64,000 nt of DNA from Chloroflexota bacterium. Its GTDB lineage: Bacteria > Chloroflexota > Anaerolineae > UBA4142. Below, piece after piece: positions 9,749 through 19,775 of this stretch. Numbering within the stretch: position 1 is the stretch's first letter; each line of letters begins with the position of its first letter. The notes beneath the pieces were generated by a model. It was not told where the DNA came from, searched no databases, and saw only the letters and a list, made by a program, of their open reading frames with translations. The translations under genes and the position numbers were made by a program. The stretch covers positions 24,751 through 88,750 of the forward strand of contig JACRBM010000039.1 in the NCBI GenBank assembly GCA_016219275.1, in the 5' to 3' direction.

Positions 9749-10516
9749 CTACCCAGGATTCGCAAGCAAGCCCGCTTTGAGCGCGCCCTCGCGATACGCC
9801 ATCCCAAATAGATACGACCACATCAGCGTCATGTAAAAACTAATCGGCGCGGATACGAATGGGATGAGGCAACACAGGATGATCGTAAAGTAAAGAATCT
9901 GAAGCACCATCCCCAATCCAACCGCGATGGCAAGACCGATGAAAAACGCGATGATAAATCCACCCAGGTTCGCGCGCAGGATTTTCCAAACTTCACTGAT
10001 CCGATAACCTGCACCAATCTCGCCTGTTCGCGCGTATTGTCCAACCGCAATGACCATCGGAAACATCAACAACAACATCAGCACCATCGCGATAGCAAAG
10101 AAGCCGAAAAACCCAGCATAGCCGGCCAAAATTCCCCACGGAAATCTCTGTGCCGCGTCGCGAGTCGCCGAAACGCGCGTGACAGCATCAGCAAAAATCA
10201 TCACGAACATCGAGGAGTACGCACAGATCATCGCCAACATGCCGGGTAGCCAGTACCCAATCGCCGCGAGACCCGACTTGAATCCATCCACGAACAAGTC
10301 GCCGAAATTTTCCCACTTGGGCAACATTGGCGCTGCGCCACGCAACACCGCGCGCAGCATAATCAAACAGTAACCGTAAATCGCGAAATAAGCCAAGATA
10401 CCAACCAGCGGCACAAACCTCGCCGCCAACGCGATCGCACTACCGATCAAGAACTTGGATTTCCAATCCGGATCTTTGAACGCCCATACTAGAGTTTCTT
10501 GCGTAATCGGCGGCAC
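9749..10516 (-). CDS. Hypothetical polytopic membrane protein
   Basis: It is 255 aa with about 6 hydrophobic helices and no recognisable catalytic motif. Confidence 0.5.
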   Translation of the reverse strand: MPPITQETLVWAFKDPDWKSKFLIGSAIALAARFVPLVGILAYFAIYGYCLIMLRAVLRGAAPMLPKWENFGDLFVDGFKSGLAAIGYWLPGMLAMICAYSSMFVMIFADAVTRVSATRDAAQRFPWGILAGYAGFFGFFAIAMVLMLLLMFPMVIAVGQYARTGEIGAGYRISEVWKILRANLGGFIIAFFIGLAIAVGLGMVLQILYFTIILCCLIPFVSAPISFYMTLMWSYLFGMAYREGALKAGLLANPG

Positions 10517-10536
10517 CGTGTCCTCCCCGTTTAGAT

Positions 10537-11391
10537 TTATTTATGGTTGTTCTCTTTTTGCGATTCCAATCCGCGTTCGCGCAAACGTTCGACGAGCGTC
10601 CGATAAAAATAGGTGCGCGGTTGAAAACGCGCGAACCGGGCGACGTTCGCGCTTGCCTGCACGCGCACCTCATCTGCATCTAGCAACTCGACATCGGTTT
10701 GTCCATCCACTGTCAGAATCGCGTGATGATCGGTTTGCAAACGAAACACGACGTGCGACCCGACCGGCAATACGAGCGAACGCACCTGGCTCAGGTACGG
10801 CGCAATCGGGACGAGCACGAGCGTTTTAACTTCGGGCGCGAGAATGGGACCGCCTGCCGCGAACACGTACGCAGTCGAGCCGGTCGCAGTCGCGACAATC
10901 GCGCCGTCGGCGACAAAGGTCGTCAGGTAATCCCCGTCAATGAACGTCGCGAGCCGCACCACGCGCGCGAGGTTGCCGCGTCCGACGACGACATCGTTCA
11001 GCGCCTCGAACGCGCCGAGCGATTTCTCGCCGCGCCGCAATTCGGCGTGTAGCATCATGCGTTCTTCGATCCAGTATGCGCCACCCACGACCGCGCGCGC
11101 GTCGAACTCGGCTGGCATCCACTCGGAGAGAAAACCGACGCGCCCCATGTTGATTCCCAGGATCGGCACGCGCACCGGCGCGCACATGCGCGCGGCGCGC
11201 AAGATCGTGCCATCGCCGCCCAGCGTAATCGTGAGATCGCACGCTCCAACCTGTTGTCGGACCGCCGCTTCGTCCCATGCTGACACCAGGGTTGTGTGCG
11301 CGCCGAGTTGGTCGAGTGCCGTTGCCCAGTCCTGGGCGAGAATCAACGAACGGGGAATTTTAGGATGATGGAGGAGGAGAATTCGATTCAT
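10537..11391 (-). CDS. nadK: NAD+ kinase
   Basis: It carries the GGDGT motif, NxGxxGFL and the conserved C-terminal DG..V... pattern of the PpnK family. Confidence 0.85.
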   Translation of the reverse strand: MNRILLLHHPKIPRSLILAQDWATALDQLGAHTTLVSAWDEAAVRQQVGACDLTITLGGDGTILRAARMCAPVRVPILGINMGRVGFLSEWMPAEFDARAVVGGAYWIEERMMLHAELRRGEKSLGAFEALNDVVVGRGNLARVVRLATFIDGDYLTTFVADGAIVATATGSTAYVFAAGGPILAPEVKTLVLVPIAPYLSQVRSLVLPVGSHVVFRLQTDHHAILTVDGQTDVELLDADEVRVQASANVARFARFQPRTYFYRTLVERLRERGLESQKENNHK

Positions 11392-11477
11392 CGGCTTGGA
11401 TTATACCACAAAACGATTTTTCGCTGCATTCCAATTTGTGTTATAATCGCGTCAACGGATTCACACGAGGAGGCGCA

Positions 11478-12764
11478 ATGCAATACCAATTGACTGCACC
11501 ACCGACGACCGAAGTTCACAGCGAGAACATTATTTATTTGTTCGTGCGCGACGCGAACGGCGCGGGTGTGTCAGGCGCGCGCATCAAGGTGTGGGGCGGA
11601 CCGCCGCCGAACGGACAGCCGCCGTATTTTATGGACGATGTGCCCTTCCGCGCCACGTCCGCGTCCGGCAGACTGGAGTACGCGACGTTCAACGGCGCGA
11701 TGCCGGACTCGCGCGATTACTGGATGCAAGTGATTGACGCGAGCGGCGCGCCGCTGAGCGACCCCGTGCAATTTCATTTTTTCAAAGGGGGCGCGATTTG
11801 GATCACCGCCGTGTTGCAATCCACCACGGGCGGTGGATCGTCAGGGGGAAACATGCCACCAATCAATTTGGAATGGGATCCGCGTCTCGGCAAATTGAAT
11901 ATCACATTCCAGGAAGCCACTGTTGCGGACGGACAGCCGTACTGGAAATTAATTCGCGCGTGGTATTTGCCGGAAGGCAACGGACCGGGCGAAGCCCAGG
12001 GTCGCGTGAACATGTACTACACCGTGCTCAACGAGACCGGTCAGCCGGTCGTCGGACAACGCGTGTGGCAAGAGTGGCCCGGCGATCACGCGGTGAAACT
12101 CACCGGCGACGGCGGCATCACCGATTTCAATATGAGCGGCGATTCGAGTTTTGCGCCGGATCGCGGCGAGCATGGACCGTACACCGGCTTGGTGGACGGC
12201 TTGCCAAGTGATCGCGTGAACGGGATGGGCTTGCCGTTGCGACGGCATGTGTGCTTTGAGCTGACGTGGCGCAAAGCGATCAAGGGCAACAATCCGGCGG
12301 CGAACAGTTCGATCACCGGCAAAATCACGAACGCGCCGGCAAGTACGCAGATCACCTTGAGTTCGAGCACGCTGACCAAAACAGTTTTGCCCGACCACAC
12401 CGGGGCGTACGGATTCACGCAGTTGCCGGCGGGAACGTACAGCATCGCGCTCACCGGCGCGGGCGTCATCAAATCCGATATTGCACTCGACGGCACGAAC
12501 AGCGCACAGGTGGATTACGCATTCCCAGTTCAAACACTCGACAAGGCGATCATCGCGCGCGCGCAACAATTCACTTGGATGCCGATCAACGATCAAGCCG
12601 CGCTCTACAAATTTGCGCAAGACAACAAACTCGGCTATCCGCAGACCGATGAATTCGATCTCACGTTCAACGGCGAAGCGTACATCATCCAGGTGTACAA
12701 TCTTGGGATCGTCTATGTGAAAAAAGGGGACTGGGGCAACCTCAAGTGGCTCAAAAAACCGTAG
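11478..12764 (+). CDS. Hypothetical protein with carboxypeptidase-regulatory-like (beta-sandwich) C-terminal domain
   Basis: The start is placed at MQYQL after a GGAGG SD. Its 3' end overlaps the start of the first GT39 gene by 19 nt. Confidence 0.5.
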   Translation: MQYQLTAPPTTEVHSENIIYLFVRDANGAGVSGARIKVWGGPPPNGQPPYFMDDVPFRATSASGRLEYATFNGAMPDSRDYWMQVIDASGAPLSDPVQFHFFKGGAIWITAVLQSTTGGGSSGGNMPPINLEWDPRLGKLNITFQEATVADGQPYWKLIRAWYLPEGNGPGEAQGRVNMYYTVLNETGQPVVGQRVWQEWPGDHAVKLTGDGGITDFNMSGDSSFAPDRGEHGPYTGLVDGLPSDRVNGMGLPLRRHVCFELTWRKAIKGNNPAANSSITGKITNAPASTQITLSSSTLTKTVLPDHTGAYGFTQLPAGTYSIALTGAGVIKSDIALDGTNSAQVDYAFPVQTLDKAIIARAQQFTWMPINDQAALYKFAQDNKLGYPQTDEFDLTFNGEAYIIQVYNLGIVYVKKGDWGNLKWLKKP

Positions 12765-14734
12765 AGCAAATTTCTAAATTTGCTCTACTCGCGTTGATTC
12801 TTATCGCGACCACGTTGCGATTCTACCGCCTCGCCGCTCTAGATATTTGGGGCGACGAGGCGTTTAGTATTTTTCTCAGCCAACAGCCATTGCCCTTCGT
12901 CGTTGCCGGGGGCGCGGACACGCATCCACCGCTGTATCCATTATTGTTGTGGACCTGGCTTCCACTTGTTGGCTCGCACGCGTTTGCAACGCGCGCGCTC
13001 GCCGCGCTCGTCGGCATACTCGCGGTGCCGCTGATCTTTGTGCTCGGCAAACGCGTTGCCGATACGCGCGTCGCCTTCATCGCCGCGATCCTCACGACTG
13101 CCTCACCCTTGCTGATCTATTACAGCCAAGAGACGCGAATGTACGAACAGGTCGCGGTGCTCTCGCTCGCGTCCGCGTATTTCTGCCTCACCCTTTTTAG
13201 CCACGCCCTTAAGGGCGTGGCTAAAAAGGGTGAGGCGGGCTTCCTCCTCTCCACCCTCCTCGCCATGTACACGCACTATTCCGCGTTCTTCGTCTGGGTC
13301 GCGGAAAATATTTTTGTCGCCTTGCTCGCGTTCCGCCAGTGGTTGTCATTTCGAGCGAACGCGAGAAATCTCGACGTGGGCAAACCAGATTTCTCGTCGC
13401 GTAAAACGCTCCTCGAAATGACCGGACTGAAACGTTGGGCAATTCTCCAACTTGTCCTCATCGTCGCGTACATTCCCTGGGTCTTGGTGCAGACTTCGTT
13501 TCTGCGCGGTAAAGCGAGCGCGCGCTTTGACGAATGGTCGTGGCGCGGCATCGAAATGATTTTCGGCAAAACGTTTCTCGCGTTCAGCGCGAGCGTGACA
13601 CTCGATTTTCCTCTGCCGCAAATGATCGCGGTGTTGTTTCTGCTCTTCGCGATAGTTGGCGCGGTGATCGCCGCGCGTCAACGCGATTCGTCACAGTGGT
13701 TCGCGCCCCTGTACTGGATCGTCCCGGTCGTCATCGCGTTCGTCGTCAATCCAATCATGCCGTTCTTTTTCGAGCGATACGTGCTCGTCGCGCTGCCGGG
13801 TTTTTATCTCACGGTCGCGCTAGGCATCGCGTTTGTTGCGCGCCGCGTGCCGATCACGGCTGTCGTCATCGTCGGCGTGATGACGTTCGCGAGCGGATTC
13901 GCGTTGTGGAATTTTTATTTCAACGACGCGTACGCCAAAGGGATGTACGGTCGAATGATGACGTACGTATCGCAACACGCGCAGCCGGGCGACGCGTTGA
14001 TTCTAAACAACCCGCTCCAAAAACCGCTCTACGATTATTACGCGCCGCGCGAGGTGCCCGCGTTCTATTTGCCGGACGGCGCGCCGCTCGAAGACCCTGC
14101 CACACGCGCGCAACTCGCGACGATTGCGCGCGATCACGCGCGCGTGTGGCTCGTGATGTTCGGCAATCCCGCCGAGTACGATCCGACCGGCTATCTCGAA
14201 CGCTGGCTCGGCGCGAACGCGTTTCGCAGTTATTCGCGCGGATTTGTGGACGCGAGTTTGTCGCTGTACGAAATGCCGCGCGCGGCGACGGCGATTCAAC
14301 GCGCGACGCGCGCGAGACTGGGCGACCACATCGAGCTGGTCGGCTATGCGCTGAATCGCGAATCATTCGCGCCGGGCGAAACGGTGTTGCTGACGTTACG
14401 CTGGCAAACGACCGCGCCGATTTCGCAACGTTACAAAGTGTTTACGCATTTGCTCGGCGCGCTGAACCCGGCGACGCAATCGCCGGTGTGGGCGCAGATG
14501 GATAGCGAGCCAGTCGGCGGCTCGCGCGCGACAACCGCGTGGCAAACCGGCGAGACGATTGAAGATCGGTACGGCTTGGCGATTCCTGCCGATGCTCCAC
14601 CCGGCGAGTACGGAATCGAAATTGGAATGTACGATCCGGCAACACTCGCGCGTGTGCCTGTGTTCGATGCCCAAGGCGCACGCGTCGCAGACGACCACAT
14701 TCTTCTTAGCACCGTGCGCGTGAGCGCGCGGTAG
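12746..14734 (+). CDS. GT39/GT83-family membrane glycosyltransferase (PMT/ArnT-like), paralog 1, with extra C-terminal soluble domain
   Basis: The N-terminus is multi-TM with the characteristic DE motif loop (DIWGDEAFS). Its C-terminal ~120 aa are shared with the paralog at 17072..19126. Confidence 0.75.
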   Translation: MAQKTVEQISKFALLALILIATTLRFYRLAALDIWGDEAFSIFLSQQPLPFVVAGGADTHPPLYPLLLWTWLPLVGSHAFATRALAALVGILAVPLIFVLGKRVADTRVAFIAAILTTASPLLIYYSQETRMYEQVAVLSLASAYFCLTLFSHALKGVAKKGEAGFLLSTLLAMYTHYSAFFVWVAENIFVALLAFRQWLSFRANARNLDVGKPDFSSRKTLLEMTGLKRWAILQLVLIVAYIPWVLVQTSFLRGKASARFDEWSWRGIEMIFGKTFLAFSASVTLDFPLPQMIAVLFLLFAIVGAVIAARQRDSSQWFAPLYWIVPVVIAFVVNPIMPFFFERYVLVALPGFYLTVALGIAFVARRVPITAVVIVGVMTFASGFALWNFYFNDAYAKGMYGRMMTYVSQHAQPGDALILNNPLQKPLYDYYAPREVPAFYLPDGAPLEDPATRAQLATIARDHARVWLVMFGNPAEYDPTGYLERWLGANAFRSYSRGFVDASLSLYEMPRAATAIQRATRARLGDHIELVGYALNRESFAPGETVLLTLRWQTTAPISQRYKVFTHLLGALNPATQSPVWAQMDSEPVGGSRATTAWQTGETIEDRYGLAIPADAPPGEYGIEIGMYDPATLARVPVFDAQGARVADDHILLSTVRVSAR

Positions 14735-14747
14735 AAAAGAGTGCCCC

Positions 14748-16913
14748 GTGCGTTCTCACCTTCTGCCCATCCTAACCTGGCTCTTGGTTGGCGCGGCGCT
14801 CGGCGCGCTCCTGAGCCAACGCGATGACAACGCGGTCTCGCCGGTCCAGCTCGCGCTCGTTGCCGGCATCGTCGTTTTCTTTGTGGTGGTCACGCCTGGA
14901 AATTCCTCCGCGCGCGAGAATGCGCCGGACGCGAACGCGACTCGCTGGGATTCACTAATGCTCCTGGGCGCGTCGCTCGCGCTCGCCGGGTACGCGCAAT
15001 ATCTCTCCGCGAATCGTCCACAACTCTGGTACATCGCCTTATTGATTGACGGCGCGGCGATGCTCCTGTTTGTGCAGGTCATCCAGAAACGCGTAACCGA
15101 CGACCCACAACCCGCGCGCGCGTCCTGGGTAGATTGGACATGGCGCTGGTTGAGCGCGCACCCACTTCGCAATGGTTTGCTTGGCGCGGCGGTCGTGTCC
15201 GGTATGCTGGAGGTTTCCCTCGCGGCGCAGACCGCGCCCGGCGAATCATTCACCGTGCCGGTCGCGTTGTGGCTTGCAAGCATGTTCTTGTTTGTCGGCG
15301 CGTTTATCCCCTGGGAAACCGCGCGCACTTGGCGCGTGCCTGGTCTCCGCGCGATAGACGCGGCGCTCAAACCTCATCTCGCGGAAATTTTGCTCGTCAT
15401 CGCGTTGGTCGCGTTCGCATTTCTACTGCGCGGGTTCGATCTCGAAAACATCCCGATCAACCTGGGCGGCGATGAATCCGAGATGGGTCTGGAGGCGCGG
15501 CGCGTGCTCGCCGGCAAATTGACAAATCCATTCGCGACCGGGTGGTACTCGCACCCAACCCTGTTTTTCTTTTTGCAAAGTTGGATGATGCGCTGGTTTG
15601 GCGAAACGGTGGTGGGTCTGCGAATGCTGTCCGCGCTCCTCGGCACATTGACCGTCCTCGCCGCGTACTTGCTCGCGCGCCAATTGCACGGGCAAAGTTT
15701 CGCACTCGCCGTCGCGTTTCTGCTAAGTGTGTATCCGTACCACATTCAATTCTCGCGCATCGGCTTGAACAATATCGCCGATGCGTTCTGGACGACAACC
15801 GTTTTCTTCTTGACGATCCGCGCGATGATGACGCGGCGCATCGCCTATTTCGTCGCCGGCGGACTCGCGCTCGGCGTGAGTCAGTACTTTTATCACGGCG
15901 TGCGCCTCATTCCGGTGATGCTCGTGTTGTTCCTGGGTTACTGGTTGATCACCGAACGAAAAACCGCGCGACCGTACATCGCGCCGCTCGCGATTTTTTC
16001 TTTCGCCGCGTTGATCGCCGCGCTCCCGCTCATCGGGTACTATTTTCAGTTTCCCGCTGTGTTCACGGAACGTTATCAACAGATGGGAATCTTCCCTTCG
16101 GGCTGGTTGGAAAAATACGCGGCGGAAACCGGCTTCAGCCCACTCGTCGTGCTCGCGCAACGCACGGTCGAACGCTTTTCGCTTTTCAACTTTATCCCAG
16201 ATTTGTCCGGATTTTACGCGCCCGGCACACCGCTTCTCGAAACGTTCAGCGCGATTCTATTTGTGTTCGGCTTGACCTACTCGCTCTATCACTGGAAAGA
16301 GCGCGCCCATTTGCTTTTTGTCTTGTGGTTTGTCTGCGGTGTCATCTTTGGCTCGGTGCTAATCGTGGACGAAGCTGGCAGCGCGCGCACGTTGACCTTG
16401 ACCGTACCGATCATGTTCTTTTTAACTTGCGGGATATTCAAGTTAGCCGAAGCAATCACAACGCTTGCCGCACGACCGCGCTGGAGCAAGCCGCTCGCCG
16501 CGATCGCCATCGTTCTGCTCGCGTGTATCAATGTAAAATTTTATTATATTGATTACGTGCCCAAACGCACGTACGCCGGCTACATTGGTTGGACAAACAC
16601 CGAGATGGCAAAATATCTTTTGCGGCAACCTGGCGAATTCAGGGCGTACTTTTTCGGTCCGCCGTACGATTATCTCAGTCATGCCACGATTGCGTACCTC
16701 GCGCCGAATTTGAACGGGCTGGATATTCTCGAACCGCTCGAGGACGAACCGGCTTTTGTTGACCATACGTACTCTGCCATCTTCCTGTTTCTGCCATTAC
16801 GCGCCGAGGAATTCACGTGGGTGCAACAAGCATACCCGGACGGTGAGCGCACTGACTTTACGCAGCCGGACGGCACGCAACTTTTCTTTGCGTACTACGT
16901 GTCGTCGCCGTAA
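14748..16913 (+). CDS. GT39/GT83-family membrane glycosyltransferase (PMT/ArnT-like), paralog 2, with N-terminal TM extension
   Basis: Core PMT_2-like region starts at NIPINLGGDESEMGLEARR. It has more than 10 TM helices. Confidence 0.75.
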   Translation: MRSHLLPILTWLLVGAALGALLSQRDDNAVSPVQLALVAGIVVFFVVVTPGNSSARENAPDANATRWDSLMLLGASLALAGYAQYLSANRPQLWYIALLIDGAAMLLFVQVIQKRVTDDPQPARASWVDWTWRWLSAHPLRNGLLGAAVVSGMLEVSLAAQTAPGESFTVPVALWLASMFLFVGAFIPWETARTWRVPGLRAIDAALKPHLAEILLVIALVAFAFLLRGFDLENIPINLGGDESEMGLEARRVLAGKLTNPFATGWYSHPTLFFFLQSWMMRWFGETVVGLRMLSALLGTLTVLAAYLLARQLHGQSFALAVAFLLSVYPYHIQFSRIGLNNIADAFWTTTVFFLTIRAMMTRRIAYFVAGGLALGVSQYFYHGVRLIPVMLVLFLGYWLITERKTARPYIAPLAIFSFAALIAALPLIGYYFQFPAVFTERYQQMGIFPSGWLEKYAAETGFSPLVVLAQRTVERFSLFNFIPDLSGFYAPGTPLLETFSAILFVFGLTYSLYHWKERAHLLFVLWFVCGVIFGSVLIVDEAGSARTLTLTVPIMFFLTCGIFKLAEAITTLAARPRWSKPLAAIAIVLLACINVKFYYIDYVPKRTYAGYIGWTNTEMAKYLLRQPGEFRAYFFGPPYDYLSHATIAYLAPNLNGLDILEPLEDEPAFVDHTYSAIFLFLPLRAEEFTWVQQAYPDGERTDFTQPDGTQLFFAYYVSSP

Positions 16914-16931
16914 CTCGAATAGGATAATTTG

Positions 16932-17007
16932 GGACGCGGATGAGCAAGGATGAACACGGATAATTATTTTCATCTGCGTTTATCCACGCGCACAGCGATC
17001 CGCGTCC
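16932..17007. repeat. Repeat family C copy 1: MITE-like element with termini GGACGCGGAT...ATCCGCGTCC
   Basis: It has terminal IRs with an AT-rich centre. Copies also lie at 30218, 56579, with half copies at 49126 and 60679. Confidence 0.75.
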
Positions 17008-17071
17008 TAATATCTCTCTTTTTTTGGACAAGAATTTCACTCGATAGATTCCGATCGTCCCAACACGCATT

Positions 17072-19126
17072 TTGAATTTTTGCGTCGCTTGGGTTATACT
17101 CTGCCCCGTGCCTTCACCCACTTTATCTTTTCGCCTGCCCTGGCGCGACCTCGCTATTTGCGGCGCAATCGTTTTGCTCGCCGCGTGTTTGCGTTTGTAC
17201 GCGCTCGACGCGCTGCCGCCCGGGTTGCACTACGACGAAGCATTCAACGCGACGATGGCGCGCAACGTTCAACTCGGTATCGAGCGTCCGATCTTTTTCC
17301 GCGAAGACCTAACCGAAGAGCCGATGGCGATTTACCTCACCGCGCTCTCGTTCGCGATTTTCGGACCCAGCCCGTGGGCATTGCGATTGGTCTCGGCGCT
17401 TGCCGGGATCGCCGGCGTTGCCGCGCTCTATTTTCTCGCGCGCGCGTTCTTTGCTTCGCGTTGGTTCGCCGCGCTCGCGACGTTGATTCTCGCGATTCTG
17501 TACTGGCACATCAACTTTAGTCGGCTCGGCATGGAGCCGATTTTTACGCCGTTGATGGCGACGCTCGCGTTCGGATTTTTGTGGCGTGGGATTTACCCCC
17601 ACCCCAACCCTCTCCCGTCGGCAAAAATCGCCGACAGGAAAGAGAGCAAATTCCCTCCCTTGCAAAGCGGCGCGCAAGCGGGGCTAGGGTGGGGGCTCGC
17701 CGGAATATTTCTCGCCGCGACACTGTACACGTACAAAGCCGGACTGTTCGTGCCGATTCTCGCCGCCGCGTTCCTTGTATCGCAAATCAGTTACGCTAGC
17801 GATTTTTTGGAGCGCCACTGGCGCGGCATTCTCATTTTCGGCGTCGTTGCGATTTTGGTGTACGCGCCGCTTGGGTTATACTTTGTCGCGCACCCGGACG
17901 AATTCTGGCAACGACCGCAATCCGTCGCCGCGACGGCGAGCATCTACGAGAACGCGGTCAAGGTCGCGGGGATGTTTTTCATCGCGGGCGACGACAACCC
18001 GCGCAGTAATTTGCCCGGTCGTCCCGCGCTCGATCCGTTTCTCGCGCTCGGATTCATCGTCGGGGTCATCGTCGCGCTTGCGCGATTTCGCCGCGAGCCG
18101 CACGCGCGCTTGCTCGTGCTGTGGCTTATCGTAATGAGTTTGCCGAGCGTGCTTACCGATTTCGCGCCGCACTTTGGACGCGATCTCGCGGTCACGCCGG
18201 CGATTGCGCTGACAACCGCGTACGGATTTGCATGGCTGTTCGACCGGAGCAAACGCATCCATTTACCAATTACCATTTACGCTTTACTGCTTACCCTGGG
18301 TCTCGCGTTCAGCACATTCAACACCGCGCGCGATTATTTTATCGTGTGGGGTTCGCGCACCGGGCATTATGATTCGTTCGACGTAGGACTGTACACACTC
18401 GCACAAAAACTCCGCGAGCAACCGCGCGACACGCGCGTCTATCTCACGCCGACCGAAGCCGAGCATTACACCGCGCGCTTTGCGCTTGACGGACGCGACG
18501 CGGAATTATTCGATGGACGCCGCGTGTTGGTTCTGCCGCCTGCCGGCACGCCTGTCGCGTATGGCATCATCACACGCCAGGACACGCGCACACGCGCGCG
18601 ATTGAACGCGCTACTCGCAAATACACGCGTCGTCGAAACGATTTACGATTACACCGCGCAACCGTACGCGATCATTCTGCGCGGCGACAGCCCATCGTCC
18701 ATCGCGCCGCAAAAAAAAGTGAACGCGCGCTTGGGCGACGCGGTCGAATTGATCGGATACGATCTCGCGCGTAACGGCGATCAACTCGCGTTGACGCTGT
18801 ACTGGCGCAGTCGCGTCGAGACGCGCACCGATTGGACGGTGTTCGTTCAACTCATCGGGCAAATCAATCCGGGTGCAGGCTCGCCGGTGTGGGCGCAAGA
18901 CGATAGCCAACCCGGGCGCGATACGTTTCCCACCTCGCGTTGGCGCACGGGCGAAATCATTATTGACGAGTACCGATTGACGCTCGCCGCGTTGCCGCGC
19001 GGAGACTATTACATCGAGATTGGAATGTACGATCTAAATACTGGCGCGCGTTTGCCCGTGCTAGATGCGAACGGCGCGCGAATGGAGAGTGAGAGTGTAC
19101 AACTCGAACGACTATCGTTACCGTAA
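17072..19126 (+). CDS. GT39/GT83-family membrane glycosyltransferase (PMT/ArnT-like), paralog 3, with C-terminal soluble domain
   Basis: It has a LHYDEAFNA motif loop and multi-TM topology. Its C-terminal domain is homologous to that of paralog 1 (SPVWAQ.DS, IEIGMYD). The exact start is uncertain. Confidence 0.7.
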   Translation: MNFCVAWVILCPVPSPTLSFRLPWRDLAICGAIVLLAACLRLYALDALPPGLHYDEAFNATMARNVQLGIERPIFFREDLTEEPMAIYLTALSFAIFGPSPWALRLVSALAGIAGVAALYFLARAFFASRWFAALATLILAILYWHINFSRLGMEPIFTPLMATLAFGFLWRGIYPHPNPLPSAKIADRKESKFPPLQSGAQAGLGWGLAGIFLAATLYTYKAGLFVPILAAAFLVSQISYASDFLERHWRGILIFGVVAILVYAPLGLYFVAHPDEFWQRPQSVAATASIYENAVKVAGMFFIAGDDNPRSNLPGRPALDPFLALGFIVGVIVALARFRREPHARLLVLWLIVMSLPSVLTDFAPHFGRDLAVTPAIALTTAYGFAWLFDRSKRIHLPITIYALLLTLGLAFSTFNTARDYFIVWGSRTGHYDSFDVGLYTLAQKLREQPRDTRVYLTPTEAEHYTARFALDGRDAELFDGRRVLVLPPAGTPVAYGIITRQDTRTRARLNALLANTRVVETIYDYTAQPYAIILRGDSPSSIAPQKKVNARLGDAVELIGYDLARNGDQLALTLYWRSRVETRTDWTVFVQLIGQINPGAGSPVWAQDDSQPGRDTFPTSRWRTGEIIIDEYRLTLAALPRGDYYIEIGMYDLNTGARLPVLDANGARMESESVQLERLSLP

Positions 19127-19775
19127 CCTGACGACGCCGGCTAATTTCGCGCGGCGACGCTCACCGCCGCCGGCGTTTGTTATCCTGGCAGTGGCGGTGC
19201 TACTGGTTTGCTGTTTGTGTTCGGGGTTGGTGATCGGTTGGCAAATCAAAGACAGTGCCGTTAACCCGCTAGCCAAGCCCCAATCGGTTGGCACCGAAAC
19301 CGCGCCGGCAAATCCGTTTCAAGGATTCTCTGGTTTGTTTGGAGGCGCACGCCCCACCCCCACTCTCGATAAAAACGCGCCCGTGCCTTTGCGCGCCGCC
19401 GGCGCAGGCGAAAATGGACTCGAACTTGCCGTGCTTGGCATGCAACGTCCACTCAAGACGGACGTGCCGGTAAAATTGCCGCCGAACGAACAGTTTGTTT
19501 TGGTAAGCGTGCAAATTACGAACACGCGGCGAACGGGACAACCCGTCACGGTGAACGGAACCGATTTCAAAATCAAAGGATTCGGCGGCGTCACGTATGA
19601 TGCCAATCCCAAGACCGTGACGATTCCGCAAATTCTGAACAAACTCGATTTGCCAGCCGGCAGATCGTTGAGCGGCGAATTGATTTTCCAAATCGCGACG
19701 GACGACGGCGATTTGCGTTTGTATTGGACCTCCGGCAAGACAACGCGCGAGTTTTTGCTCGAGAAGCCGAAATGA
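19065..19775 (+). CDS. DUF4352-like exported protein (TM anchor plus beta-sandwich domain)
   Basis: It has an N-terminal TM helix (FVILAVAVLLVCCL). The C-terminal pattern FKIKGFGGVTYD...GELIFQI is typical of DUF4352. The start may instead be GTG 19089 or 19095. Confidence 0.55.
   Translation: MRTAREWRVRVYNSNDYRYRNLTTPANFARRRSPPPAFVILAVAVLLVCCLCSGLVIGWQIKDSAVNPLAKPQSVGTETAPANPFQGFSGLFGGARPTPTLDKNAPVPLRAAGAGENGLELAVLGMQRPLKTDVPVKLPPNEQFVLVSVQITNTRRTGQPVTVNGTDFKIKGFGGVTYDANPKTVTIPQILNKLDLPAGRSLSGELIFQIATDDGDLRLYWTSGKTTREFLLEKPK

Noticed and set aside
13534-14505. Long Arg-rich ORFs overlapping real genes (for example 13534..14505, 20630..21799, 27234..28727, 27581..28603, 44248..45672, 51274..52251, 60366..62678)
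   Set aside because: These are alternative-frame or antisense ORFs. Their R/A/G-dominated, low-complexity composition is typical of high-GC DNA, and each is fully covered by a well-supported gene in another frame.
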